The notes: a model not told the origin generated them from the sequence alone. DNA of 64,000 bases from Octopus vulgaris (GCA_951406725.2 OX597828.1:77314001-77378000); one strand, 5' to 3'; positions 12,393 through 25,985 are shown, counted from the first letter of the stretch. Made by a program: numbers and translations.

Positions 12393-13263
12393 CAGGATGT
12401 GATAGGTAAATTGTCGCGATTTTATATTTTTAATTTCGCCCATGCGCATTGTCCGCTCTTGATTTTATTGGCTACACAGTATAGTGGAGTCAGCTGGGCA
12501 CCGTCTGTGAGAAAAACAGCACTATAACGCAATTCACTCTGCCAGAATTTTGGAAACGGCTTGCTGTACAGCTTGGCATTTGCGCCGGAAGCGCCAATAC
12601 GAACATTTCAAATTGTTTGAGTGTCGATCGGAGGACAGTGAAATCTGAAGACATGTACCAAGAGTGATAAAAACCAAACACCCAGTCAGCATCATGGTGT
12701 TTGGAGAGATCACTAGTGATGGCGACGTTATGCTTCCATTCATCTTCTCCCACAGCCTGAGACTCAACATGAAGGCCTACATCGAGTGCCTGAAGGAGGT
12801 AGTGCTGCCCTGGCTCAAGAGAGTGGCTACTGGAAGACCCTATGTTTGGTCATAGGATTCTGCACCTTGCCAAACAAGCTGAAGAACCCAATAGTGGCTG
12901 TCAGACAATTTCTGCGACCACATTACCCTTAACATCAGGCTACCTAATGTCCCAAACTGCAACCCCTTGATTATTTTGTGTGGGGCGCAGTTGAGCGAGA
13001 GACCAATAAAACTCTTTGTAACACCAAGGCAAGGATTTTGGCAGCATTCACCAATTTAAACAAGGAGGCCGCACAGAAGAGTTCAGGAGATTTCGAGTCG
13101 TCTGGAGGCCGAGGTTGGAGCGAAGGGCGGGTTTATTGAATAAATTTACTCTTTAGTATTGCAAGATACATTTATGTAATTTTGTGAAATATATTTGTTA
13201 AAATGAGATGTCAGTGTTATTTTCATTTTTGTGTAATTTAGACGACAGTTTATTCACCTCACC

Positions 13264-13266
<3 letters not shown>
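12393..13266 (+). mobile_element. Internally deleted, decayed DD37D (maT-type) transposon
   Basis: Imperfect TIRs caggatgtgataggtaaattgtcg / cgacagtttattcacctcaccctg with TA on both sides. Remnant KHPVSIMVFG...DSAPC...CNPLD has 37-aa spacing and several stops. Confidence 0.85.
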
Positions 13267-13328
<62 letters not shown>

Positions 13329-13362
13329 TGCGTACATGCACGTGTGTGCGTGTGGGTGTATT

Positions 13363-13399
<37 letters not shown>

Positions 13400-13676
13400 G
13401 TGTGTGCGTGTGTGTGCGTGTGTGTGTGCGTGTGTGTGTACGTGTATACAGATACACGTGTGTGCGTGTAGGCAGATAAATAGATAGGTACGTAGGCAGA
13501 TAGATAGATTGAAACTGTCGGAGACGCAATTAACTCTTAATATATTGCGAATATATGCGAGAGAATAGATGCTATTCCATATTTTAACACCTGTTTCGTA
13601 ATAGTTAGCTCGAGTAGATGTTTGGCTACATAAGCTACATTGGACACGCATAAATATACATACATGTGTGCGTGCC

Positions 13677-13710
<34 letters not shown>

Positions 13711-13780
13711 CAGAGCGAACGTATTTCTCTTTTACCGAGACAGAGAAAGAGTGAGAGACAGAGAGAAGCAGATAAATGTG

Positions 13781-13832
<52 letters not shown>

Positions 13833-13893
13833 TATACATATATATACTTATATACATATATATATACTTATATACATATATGTGTACATATAT

Positions 13894-14391
13894 ATCGAGA
13901 AAAACAAAATGTTATTTATCTCTGAGTGAGAGAAATACAGTAACAGTTCCGAATAGATAGTAATGTTTGCATGCCAACATAACGTGGCAGTCCTATAAAG
14001 GACGAAACTACTGTAGTTTTAGCCCCAGTAAATCATCTTTTCCAGCTGGCTATCGACCAATAGTCTTTTGTCCGTATATAGCCTTTACAAGGGAAGTCAT
14101 CACTCCCATGTCTGGTCTTACGTGATACTCAGAGACCTAGGTTTCTGAATGTTATCTGCCCTCAGTGTGAGGCAACCACAAGCTCCTCCACTCGCAAATA
14201 CTCTATATTCTTTGAGCGACACACGGTCGCTGATCTCGTATCTAGAAAAACAACATGTTTTAAATCTCTGAGAGAGATAAATACAGTAACTGTGTCTCGT
14301 TAGCCAGCTGGAAAATATGTTTTCCTGGGGCTAAAACAACAGTAACGTCGTCATTTACAGGACTGCCACGTTATGTTGGCATATAAGCATT
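13894..14391. mobile_element. ORF-less foldback element: tail 13894-13961, arms 13962-14052 and 14301-14391, tail start repeated at 14240-14293, TA flanks
   Basis: Inverted arms atgccaacataacgtggcagtcct / aggactgccacgttatgttggcat; direct repeat ..tctctgag..aaatacagtaac; degenerate hammerhead in the spacer. Confidence 0.7.
14128..14171 (-). ncRNA. Degenerate minimal hammerhead motif
   Basis: Minus strand reads CTCACA-CTGAGGG-CAGATAACATTCA-GAA-ACCTAGGT-C-TCTGAG. Helix I pairs 5/6, helix III is palindromic and the triplet is GUC, but A9 is G and helix II is decayed. Confidence 0.55.
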
Positions 14392-14447
14392 GCAATATAT
14401 ATATATATATATATACTTTAGGTATGGAGATGAGTTCAGCAAAAATT

Positions 14448-14519
<72 letters not shown>

Positions 14520-14609
14520 CATACACATATACATATACATATACATATATATGAGTGTGTGATATGTATATGTATGTATGTGATTTATGAATTCATTTTG
14601 TGTGTATAA

Positions 14610-14658
<49 letters not shown>

Positions 14659-14904
14659 GCCATACATATATAGATATCTAGATATGAAGAATGTGTCGAG
14701 TATTTATCGTTGTGTTTATAAGCATAGCATATGCGAACATACATACATACATACATACACACATACATACATACAGACATACCAGTGAATATATATATAC
14801 ATGGGCATCCATAAGCATATACAGATGTCTAGATATTAAGAATGACGCGCTTACAATGTTTATAAACACATGCCTACACACACATATACATACATACATA
14901 GAGA

Positions 14905-14929
14905 AAGGTAGATAGATAGATGGACAGAC

Positions 14930-14972
<43 letters not shown>

Positions 14973-14995
14973 CAGATAGATAGATAGATATATAA

Positions 14996-15092
<97 letters not shown>

Positions 15093-15095
15093 CAG

Positions 15096-15170
<75 letters not shown>
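14905..15170. repeat. (GATA)n microsatellite
   Basis: Seen directly. Confidence 0.95.
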
Positions 15171-15519
15171 CATTCACAAACTCTAAAACATACACAAAGA
15201 CGCGAGCGCGCACACGAACTTATAACTAAGACCGAATCTAAGATTCCTAAACGCGACAGGTCACTAACCTTGCCAAGTAACAGGAAGAAGAGCGATGTTA
15301 CTAACTGGTTATTAGCAATTTTTAAATATTATGAAAGAATATGCACAAGTAAATCAGTATATTGTGTAGATAATTGCATTATAATGAGGTGGGGGCTTAT
15401 TGTTAATATTAATGATCACGTGATTCGTGCAGTCACACTTTGGACAATGTTGGAAGATTCTATATCTTGCAAATAAGTTTATATTGCTGTAACTAAATGC
15501 ATAGGTAAACCATAGTGAA

Positions 15520-15645
15520 TCACATGGTTCCGTGTTCAGTCCCAATGCGTGGCATCTTGGGCAAGTGTCTTCTACTATAGACTCGGACCGGCCAAAGCCT
15601 TGTGAGGGGATTTGGTAATCGGAAACTGGAAGAAGCGTATGTATG

Positions 15646-15701
<56 letters not shown>

Positions 15702-16152
15702 TCTGCTCGCTTAGCCAGCGGGGTGGCGTCATTTGAAGGCTAAAACAATGCGAAGCGCATTGTGACCAGCGATGTGTAGCAACATCTGATAGCCTGGTCT
15801 GTCACAGTTATCACGGTGATATATATATATATATACATAGTTAATCCAAATATGAAAACACAAATGGAAAACAACGCGAGGACGTGGAACAAGTAAATTG
15901 TCATTGGACGCTCAGGAAAGGAAAGAAAGAAGGAAGATTTATATATATATGTATGTATGTGTGTGTTCCTACCCCCACCCCCACCCACCCACAACATAGC
16001 CTGACAACTGATGCTAGTGTGTTTACGTGAATTAGCAGTTCAGCAAGAGACCTATAGAATAAGAACTAGGCTTGGGGTCGATTTGCTCGACTAAAGGCGG
16101 TGCCCCAGCATGGCCGCGGTCAAATGACTGCAACAAGTAAAAGAATAAAAGA
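15520..16152 (+). mobile_element. SINE family A copy, interrupted by other repeat fragments (15700-15940)
   Basis: Contains cacatggttccg.gttcagtccc, cttgggcaagtgtcttctactatag and the 3' gactaaaggcggtgc.ccagcatggccgc. Confidence 0.75.
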
Positions 16153-16167
16153 ATATATCTAAATGAG

Positions 16168-16415
16168 AAGGTAGCGAGCTGGTAGAATCGTTAGCAGGCC
16201 GGGCGCAACGCCGGGCGCAACGCCGGGCGCAACGCCGGGCGCAACGCCTGGCTGTATTTCTTGTGTATTTACGTTCTGAGTTCAAATTCCGCCGAGGTCG
16301 ACTTTGCTTTTCATCCTTTCGGAGTCGATAAATTAAGTACCACTTGCTTACTGGGGTCGATCTAATCGACTCGCCCGCTCGTCAAACATTCCGGGCTTTG
16401 TGTCTAGAGTAGAAA
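16168..16415 (+). mobile_element. SINE family B with an internal 12-bp tandem repeat (GCCGGGCGCAAC)x4 at 16198-16245
   Basis: gcgagctggtagaatcgttagca...ctgagttcaaattccgccgaggtcgactttgc matches the 18110-18333 copy. Confidence 0.8.
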
Positions 16416-16483
16416 AAAATATATATATGATGTGTGTGTGTGTATTTACGTGTGTATATGAATGTTTATGAGTGTGTGTGTGT

Positions 16484-16792
16484 GAAGGCGCGTGGTTTAG
16501 TGATCAGCGTATTCGGTTGACGATCGCAGGTCGTGAGCTGTGTGCTTGCGCAAGACACTTTATTTCACATTGCTCCAGTCTACTCAGCTGACAAAAATGA
16601 GAAGTACCAGTAATTCACAGGGGGAGGGGAGCCTTGTCACATTCTCTGTTTCCCTCTGAGTTTCCTTGAGACCTACGCTAAGGGTACGCGTGTCTGTGGA
16701 GTGCTCAGCCTCTTACACCTTAATCTCATGACTAGGCTGTTCCGTTGATTGGGTCAACTGTAACGCTCGTCGTCGTAACCGACGGAGTTCCA
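16484..16792 (+). mobile_element. tRNA-derived SINE, family C
   Basis: gaaggcgcgtggtttagtg...caagacactttatttcac...ctcagctg...accgacggag. Confidence 0.8.
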
Positions 16793-16869
16793 TTTATGTG
16801 CGTATGTCGGTGTGTATGCATGTGTGTTTACAGGTGTATGCGTTTTTTTATGTAGGTTTGTGTTTCTGT

Positions 16870-16914
<45 letters not shown>

Positions 16915-16959
16915 CGTGTGTATATTTGTCTTTCTATGTCTTTGTGCGTGTTTGTAGTC

Positions 16960-17423
16960 TTTTATTCTTTTGCTTGTTTCAGTCATTTGACCGCGGCCAT
17001 GCTGGAGCACCACCTTAAAGGAATTTTTTTAGTTGAACAAAACGACCCCAGGACTTGTTCTGTGCAAGTCTAGTACTTATTCTATCGTTCCCTTTTGTCG
17101 AACCGCTAGGTTTACGGGACATAAACACACCAGCATCGGTTCTCAAACGATGGCGGGGAAACAAGTACAGACACACACTCACACACACACAGATATATCT
17201 ACCTACATACATACATACATATATATGTGTGTGTGTGTGTATGTGTGTATGTGTATACACGACAGTCTTCTTTCAGTTTCCGTCTACCAAATCCACTCAC
17301 AAGGCTTTGGTCGGCCCCGTGGCTATGGTAGAAAACACTCGCCCAAAGTGCCACGCAGTGGGACTGAACCTGGAACCATGTGGTTGGGAAGCAAGCTCCT
17401 TACCACACAGCCACGTCTGCGCC
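16960..17423 (-). mobile_element. SINE family A, near full length
   Basis: Reverse complement of the 34708-35120 copy. Confidence 0.85.
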
Positions 17424-17957
17424 TGTGTGTGTGATATACGCGATTGTGTGTGGATGTGTATATATATTTTGTGTGCTTGTTTGTACATGTTCATGTGTGT
17501 TTATTTTAGTAAGTATATGTGTTTATATGTATATACGTGAGCGTTTATGTATGTGTTTGTTTATATGTATATTTGTGTTTATATGCAGATGTATGTATGC
17601 GTTTATATGTGTATGTGTTTGTTTATGTTCGTGTGTGTGTGTGTTCCTGTGCTTGCACGCACTCGGTCAAGAAATAAATCGTTTTATTACGCTAAAGAAA
17701 CTAATGACGTACTGTAGTGTTTCTCATAAGCAATTTTTCTATTCCTTTTCCTTTCAACTTCGGCGCTGACCATTTTTCAAACTTCTCTGTCAACCTCTGT
17801 CAATGCTTAGTTCTTCTGCAGCCTCATCAGGTGTTTCGGGTGGATTTGCTCCACTAATCGCTCTCAAATGAAGCCTTCAATCTGACTCATCTCATCTCCA
17901 GCACTGTCACCTGACCAGCAGATCCTTCTCTGATATTCTTTCTTAGACTAAGCACAT

Positions 17958-18333
17958 GGTGCAAAATTTGGGAGAGGAGGCCAGTCGATGAGATCGACCA
18001 CGGTGCGCAACTGGGACTTAATTTATCAATTCCGGAAGGATGAAAGGCAAAGATGACCTCGGCACAATTTGAACTCAGAACGTAAAGACAGACGAAATAC
18101 CTATTTCCTTACTACCCACAAGGGGCTAAACACAGAGAAGACAAACAAGGACAGACAAACAGATTAAGTCGATTAATATCGACCCCAGTGCGTAACTGGT
18201 ACTTATTTAATCAACCCCGAAAGAATGAAAGGAAAAGTCGACCTCGGCACAATTTGAACTCAGAACGTAACGGCAGACGAAATACCGCTAAGCATTTCGC
18301 CCGGCGTGCTAACGTTTCTGCCAGCTCGCCGCC
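17958..18333 (-). mobile_element. SINE family B: full copy (18110-18333) plus adjacent partial copy (17958-18100)
   Basis: Head ggcggcgagctggcagaaacgttagcacgccgggcgaaatgcttagcg; block acctcggcacaatttgaactcagaacgtaa occurs twice. Confidence 0.85.
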
Positions 18334-19477
18334 TTAGAACCTTGTCTGATATTGCGAGAAGCTTCTGATGGTTTGCAAACAAGTTTCAACTTATGCTATA
18401 AAATCTCTCGAATTTGAGATTTTATAATTCTTTTTCATCTTTAATTTAGCAACCTACGAAATAGAAGAATAAACGGAAATGACCAAAACATTAACAGAAA
18501 CAAACAGAAAAACTTCTATGCTTCAAAATGGAGGTGGTATTCCATAAACATGGTTAAAAAGAAATTTAATTTGAATTAAACATTAAAATTTAAAATAAGT
18601 TAAAATACTAAAACTTTGAGAAAACAAAACCTGCAATTAGTTTTGCATCAACCTAATCGTCATTGTTGTTGCTGTTGTTGTTATTGTTATTGTTTTCTCG
18701 TGAAGTTTCATCTTTACGAATGTATATTATTGGTCCCTAAGGAGATCAACCAATTTTAATTATTCAGCTATTTCCATATTTAGATTCCTTTCATGTTTAA
18801 AATTTTCCAACTTCAGAACATTCTACACTTAGATCTCCCTCGTATTATCTTTCGTTCAGCTTTTGTTTGCCAATATTCCAGAGGTGGCATTCTCTTCGCT
18901 TTTGTTTTGCTTGTTCAAGGTCAATGTTCATTTTTTGTTCATATTCTTCGTGTGTTCTTGTGTTCCTTTTATTTCCATTGTTTATCGACTCATTGTGTAT
19001 CCTTTCTATCAAACGTTTTGTATCTACACCTGATAGTTTGCATAGTTTTAAATAGGTAATCAGCTTAAATAAGCTAACCTGCTGGGGCTCACTTTTAGAT
19101 CAGAATATAGACGCATGCTTGTGACCCCTAATGGCGCAGAGTAGCTATAAAATATGCATCTGATATGGATACGTAATCATCGGGGTTCTATTTATAAAGT
19201 TTCCGTTCTTTCTTTGAGGAACAACAGAGCTGAGTCAGTTCTTTTAACATATTTAGTTACCATTGAATTCTGAGATCAAATTCCGTGCTATACAAATACT
19301 GGGGGGGGGGGATTAAATCTGCTTCAGCTTTGAACCCTAATTGATTACAGCCTTCTCCCAAGTCTTCTGCAACCCAGTCCTCAAGTCTGATACAACCTTG
19401 CCTCTAAATCACCTACATAGTATTTATCCCATAGTATTTATCCCATAGTATTTGGTCGAGTAATTAATAGAAATAAT

Positions 19478-19478
19478 A

Positions 19479-19534
<56 letters not shown>

Positions 19535-19608
19535 GATGATGGTGATGGTGGTGGTGATGGTGGTGGTGGTGATGGTGATGGTGGTGGTGGTGATGGTGAT
19601 GGTGGTGG

Positions 19609-19642
<34 letters not shown>

Positions 19643-19665
19643 GATGGTGGTGATGGTGGTGGTGG

Positions 19666-19722
<57 letters not shown>
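19478..19722. repeat. (GAT/GGT)n compound microsatellite
   Basis: Seen directly; explains the poly-H and poly-M ORFs. Confidence 0.95.
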
Positions 19723-19839
19723 CCTGAAATCACTGCCTCAGAACGGATCATGCAGACTGCAAAAAAGAAAGGGCAGAAACAAATTGGGGAGCAGTGGAAC
19801 CAGAAACCTTTGCATTGACAGTATATATTTGGAAGTCGA

Positions 19840-20610
19840 AATGCTGATGCAGACCAAACAATAACCCATCAGTGGCTCAGAAGTTCACGACTGAAAGCAG
19901 AGACAAAGGTTTCATATTGGCGGCACAAGATCAAAGCTTGCTCACAAAAAACTACCAGGCTAACATTCTTCATAACGGTTCCAACTCTAAATGGAGATTC
20001 TGCGACACATTTGACAAAACTGTAGACCATCTCGTCTCGGGATGTCCTGTGCTGACACCAAACGAATACAAAAATCGCCATAATAGATTAGGACGGTGTT
20101 TACATTGGAAAATATGTAAACACTACGAAATCAGACTCTTGCTTACTGGTATGAACATCATCCTGAGCCAGTCATTGGAAGTAAATATATTACTAACCTC
20201 TGGGATTTTTCAGTCAATCGACCAGACATAATTATTAAAGACAGGGACGAAAATACTTGTAGATTAATAGATGTAAGTGTTCCCACAGATAAAAATATAT
20301 ATATCTCAAGGAATTTGACAAAAGTAAATATAAGGACCTGGAAATTGAAATGCAAAAGATGTGGTATCTTAAAGCGAGAACTGGTCCTATGTATAATAAA
20401 AAGGGATGTCAGAAACAGCTAAATAAGATCCCAGGGGAATCATGTCTCAGAAAAATCAAAACGATTGTACTGACAAGGAATGCTGACATCCTTGATAATC
20501 CCTATCTATTTAAATGTCTGTGTTGTATTACATGAAGATATTCGCTACTTCTTCTCCCCAAGGTTTCAGTCATACTCTAAATCTCTCACTCTCTCTGCTC
20601 TCTCACTCAA
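19840..20610 (+). mobile_element. Decayed 3' fragment of a Dong/R4-type LINE
   Basis: QWLRSS, GFILAAQDQSL, zinc-knuckle remnant (FCDTFDKTVDHLVSGC), restriction-like endonuclease remnant LIDVSVP..KYKDLEIE; ends ctctcactcaa(taa)n. Confidence 0.8.
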
Positions 20611-20630
20611 TAATAATAATAATAATAACA

Positions 20631-20675
<45 letters not shown>

Positions 20676-22444
20676 AAGACACCGGGGGAAGTTTAAGATG
20701 TAAGAACGATAAAACAGAGCTCCGAAATCTATCCACAAACATCGAAAACAAGGACATCGTATGGAGCCAAAGATTTACTAACAAAGGATTGGACTGTACC
20801 CGAGTAAGTAATGTTCATTCAAATTTATTACTATTTTCGAAACGAAATGATGTATTTTGACTCGATATCATCTCCACCTCTAACACAACACATGTAAACA
20901 TGCGTGACACATTACGATCCATCAACACCAGATCATCCCCGACACCAAACACCATGTACAAAGGAACTACGAAGAAATTAAATGCCACCGATATTATTCA
21001 ACCCAAGAATAACAATCCGGGGGTACGTACTTTAAACTTACAACACAAAATGTACGAAAAACTACACGTGCAAAACAATGTGACAACAGAAATGAACGGA
21101 CCGGTACCCTACGAAAATGACGACCGTCAAAATAATGGGCCGGACGTTGTTCCTCATGTCCCGCAAATAAAACCCAAAAGACATAAATGGACACGTGAGG
21201 AATACATTTCTATCCTACACGCATACTTCACAGCAGTACTCTACCCAAAAAATGAAAACACAACACATACATATAAAATATAAAAGAAAAATAACATAAA
21301 TATAGACTTGGATACAGCAATGAACCCTAATAAACTAGCTAACGTACGAAGATACATTCTCAACGCAAAAAAAATATCAGAAATAGAAATAGAACATCTA
21401 AAAGAAAAAAAACCAGGAAAATGTAGATAGAAGCCACACAACAATGCCCAATAATATAAACACTGAAACAGTAAAACACGAAGACAAACGTAACATTCCC
21501 AAGAAACACGATGTAAACAAAAAACAACAAACCCAGACCGTAAGGATGCATAATAATACACGACAAACACCAAGCCAAAACACGGCAAACAAACATATAA
21601 ATAAGAAAGAAAGCGACACAAATCTAAAACCTGGAAACAAAGAAGGGGAGCCTAATGATTATGATAATATAAAAAGTAAAATAATCAAAGAACTGAAAAC
21701 CACAGAGCTCAAAATGGACCACCGACCATACCTCCCGAAAATCAAAATAGACAAAACAACAACATCAATTATAAACAACATAAACCTAGCCGTCACGGAA
21801 CTAATAGCCACTGAAACAAAAAGCGATATCACTGAGCTAAATGACTTAGTATACGCAGCAGCCACTGCAACCACAAAAGAAGCTGGATACTCACTCAAAC
21901 CCATCCAAACAGGAGTACCACCACCCAAACAAACCCTGCGGATAAATAACATCCAAAACAAAATACAAAAAATGAGAAAAGATCTGTCGATTCTTAATGA
22001 AATCAGTAGACAATCAACGCTACTGAGCAGCAAAAAGAAAACAAAAATACTCCGCAAATATAACATCACAGAAAAAGATTTACCTGAGATAAAAGAAAAG
22101 CTGAAACAAGATATCCTTGCCAAAGCACAAAGGATCCGCCGGTACGAGAAACGCCAGCTCTTCTTTGAACAAAACAAAAAGTTCAACTCCAACTACAAAA
22201 AGTTCTACCAAGAACTTGGCAAAAATAAAATAGAAATCACTGCAGCACCAACGGCAGAAGAAGTGGAAGAATTCTGGAGAGAAATATGGTCGGCGAACGA
22301 ATAACCAAAAAAAAGGAGTATCAAAACAACAAACTCGGCATCTGAGCAATTTGGACCCCCATAAAAACTGAAGAGGTCACCCAGGCACTGCAAAGACTAA
22401 GCAACTGGAAGGCACCTGGGCATGACAAGATCCCCAACTTCTGG

Positions 22445-24007
22445 TTGAAATATCTAACAGGAATGCACAAAAAGCTGACTGAAAACTTTAACAACATACT
22501 AGCAGAGCCAGAGACAATGCCTGAATGGCTCACGAAGGGGAAAACCATCTTAATTCCCAAATCCAATGAGACAGCAAAACCAGAAAACTACAGACCAATA
22601 ACCTGTCTCCCTACAATGTACAAAGCATTTACTGCAGTGATATCGCAAAGGTTGAACAAGCACCTGGACGAAAACAACCTGCTACCAGAAGAGCAGAAAG
22701 GATGCCACAAAGGCTCATATGGCTGTAAAGATCAACTAATGATTAATAAAGCCGTAACTGAAGACAGCCACAGAAAGAAGAAATGCCTCAGTATGGCCTG
22801 CATCGACTACAAAAAGGCGTTTGATAGCATCCCCCACACATGGATCCTCGAAACACTAGCCATTAACAAAGTAGCACCAACAATCATAAAATTCATAGAG
22901 CACTCTATGAATAAATGGCAAACAGTCCTACACCTCCAAACAAAAGAGGGACTCATGAAAACCAAAGACATCCCCATTAGAAGAGGAATATTCCAGGGAG
23001 ATACGCTCTCTCCACTCCTTTTCTGCTTGGCACTGTCACCTCTATCTGATATGCTAAATAGAACTGGATGCAGATATAAATGTTACGGCAAAACGATCAG
23101 CCACCTTTTATATATGGATGACCTAAAACTATACGCTGCAAATGACAAACAGCTGGAAACACTATTAAAGACAGTTCATGGATTTACCAAAGAAATAGAT
23201 ATGAAATTTGGATTAGAAAAATGCGCCAAAGTAACCATGAAAAGAGGAAAACTAGTTAAGAGTAGCAACATCACACTAGATAAAACCAATGAAATAAAAG
23301 AATTAGACCAAAGCCAAACTTACAAATACTTAGGAATCCATGAACTAGATAAGACACAACACACACAAATGAAAGAGAAAATAAAAAAAGAATATTATAG
23401 ACGAGTTAGATCAATACTAAAAACAGAGCTCAATGCTAAAAACAAGATAATAGGTATTAACACTCTAGCTGTCCCAGTTATAAGTTACAGCTACAATATC
23501 CTTAACTGGACACTAAATGAACTGACCAAAATAGATAGGAAAACAAGAAAAATAATGACAGGATCTAGGATGCATCACCCAAGATCTGACATAGAAAGAC
23601 TATATATACAACGTATAGAAGGTGGTAGAGGCCTTATACTGCTGGAAAACTACTATAAAATAACCACCATAGGACTGCAAACATGTCTACTTCAGAAGGA
23701 AGGAAAACTGATCCAGATAGCGGCAAAACACGAGCAAAACAAAAAACTGTTCTCAGTATTTAAGGAAGCTGACAAATACAAACAAGAAATCATACCACCT
23801 AATAAATATGAAGAAGAAGAAGAAGAAGAAGAAGAAGAAGAAGAAGAAGAAGAAGAAGAAGAAGAAGAAGAAGAAGAAGAAGAAGAAGAAGAAGAAGAAG
23901 AAGAAGAAGAAGAAGAAGAAGAAGAAGAAGAAGAAGAAGAAGAAGAAGAAGAAGAAGAAGAAGAAGAAAAAACAAAAGCTATAAAACAAATGAAAAATAG
24001 AAACTAA
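22445..24007 (+). pseudogene. Reverse transcriptase segment of the Dong/R4 ORF
   Basis: NYRPITCLPTMYK, IDYKKAFDS, GIFQGDTLSP, LYMDDLKLY and YKYLG motifs; stops or frameshifts lie on both sides. Confidence 0.9.
23810..23968 (+). repeat. In-frame (GAA)53 tract inside the Dong ORF
   Basis: Seen directly; encodes poly-Glu. Confidence 0.95.
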
Positions 24008-25676
24008 AAATAGAACAGCAAAGAACCATGATAAAACGATGGCAAGAAAAGCCCCTTCATGGAAAATACTGGACTAAACTAAATGCAAAAGAAATAGACA
24101 AAGAAAAATCCCAGCAATGGTTGAGAAGCTCAGGACTCAAAGCAGAGACAGAGGGATTTTTAATTGCAGCACAAGACCAAAGCCTCCCCACCAGAAATTA
24201 CCAATAACATGTAATGAAAAGAAATATAACAAGTAACTGCAGAATATGTGGAGATGGACAAGAAACAATAAATCATATTATCTCTGGCTGCCCAGTCTTG
24301 GCTAAGAAGGAATATATTCACAGACATGACAAAGTTGGAACCTACATACACTGGAAGCTGTGCCAACATTATGGAATAACAACAGAAAAAAGATGATATA
24401 GGCACACACCAGAAAAGGTCACAGAAAACGAGAAAGCAACCATACTCTGGGATATGCCGATACACACAGATAGAGAAATTAAGGCCAACAGACCAGATAT
24501 AGTTGTCAGAGATCATGAAGAAAAAAATGCTTTCTAATTGATGTATCAATACCGGCAGATGACAACGTGTCTCTAAAAGAAATGGAGAAACTTTCAAAAT
24601 ACAAAGACCTGGAAATAGAGGTAACCAGAATGTGGAATCTAAAAACAGAAACAATTCCTATCATAGTAGGTGCATTAAGCATGATAAAAGAATATTCAGA
24701 CAAATACATAACAATAACACCAGGACTTACAAACACATATAACATACAGAAAATTGCACTACTAGGCACTGCACACATCCTACGCAGAACACTTTCCATA
24801 CAATAACCATCAGAGTATCACAACAAATCACAGCACATACCCAAGGCACACAGAGCTGCGCTCGGTAGTGAAGTGAAAGCACGCTATAAAAATAAAACAA
24901 CTGAATAATAATAATAATAATAATAAGCAGCCGGAGCATTATTATTATCCTTATTATCATTATCATTCTTATTATTATTGTTGTTGTTTTTGTTGTTATA
25001 AACGCGGCGAGCTGGCTGAATCGTTAGAACGCCGGGCAAAATGCTTAGTGGCATTTCGCCCCTCTTTATGCTGCGTAAAGGGGGTCACGTTCGGTGAGGT
25101 GCTTAGAAACGGGGATGGTGTGTGGTGATATACTGTAGCAAGCTATTGAACTGTATCACCTATCGGCCATATTTCAGTGAAAATTTCGACACTTCTCTTG
25201 GTATTGTTTGATACATAACTCAACGTTATCGCTGATGCGATACACTTATCAAAGACTTTCCATCCGTGACCACTCCAATTCTTATTCAGACATAATATAA
25301 ATTATGAGACTGCAACCAATATATCTTACATATTTATAAGGCAGCAGACCGTCTTATAAATTCGACTGCTATTTCTAGAAAATCAAACTACCGTGAAGAG
25401 GTCCCTTTGTTAGTAACATAAAATGTTGTTGTTGTTTTGGTTGTTGCTGCTACTACTACTACTACTGCTGTATATTTAATTTATGCAAAGAAGTTATGTT
25501 AGTCTCGTCGAGCTCCATTAAGCAGCGATTCAAAAGTTCTCAAACTGTTTTATGAATCTAAATTCTGAAACAAATCCTTGCTTTCCTTTACTTCCGTTCG
25601 ACATTTGCATTAAAATTCCATTAGAAGTCTTTGGAGGGGGGGTGGCTTCAGATAATAAAGATTAATAATAATATTA

Positions 25677-25733
<57 letters not shown>

Positions 25734-25777
25734 TACCATATGAATGAAGGTGATGATGATGATGACAATGATGATGA

Positions 25778-25810
<33 letters not shown>

Positions 25811-25944
25811 TGATGATGGGTACGATGATAACGATGATTATAATGGTGATCAAGATTGTAATGATTATGATAACGATATTTATTATAGCCATAATGCTTA
25901 AGGCAATAATGATGACCTTGACGACGACGACAATGACGACGACA

Positions 25945-25985
<41 letters not shown>

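Larger units (their letters stand above)
20674..24904 (+). mobile_element. Near full-length Dong/R4-clade non-LTR retrotransposon with a disrupted single ORF
   Basis: N-terminal KRHKWTREE, RT in 22445-24007, CRIC..H....C knuckle (24214-24396), RPDIV..LIDVSIP..KLSKY endonuclease, short 3' UTR followed by (AAT)n. Confidence 0.92.

Noticed and set aside
13990-14020. GTCC-TATAAA-GGAC-GAAA-CTAC-T-GTAG-TT, resembling hammerhead helices II and III on the + strand
   Set aside because: The upstream core is CGTGGCA rather than YUGANRA, helix I is at most 3 bp, and the pattern is not kept in the other arm.
15262-15350. Possible minus-strand exon ending in AG|GTTAGT with a hydrophobic peptide
   Set aside because: No start codon, acceptor or homology support.
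17815-17842. Minus-strand GAAACAC-CTGATGAGGCTG
   Set aside because: The core heptamer is present but there is no closing helix II plus GAAA at a plausible distance.
20674-20800. Possible HDV-like ribozyme at the Dong 5' end
   Set aside because: Only a GCTCC/GGAGC pairing was found; I could not build the nested double pseudoknot by eye. A descriptor search would settle it.
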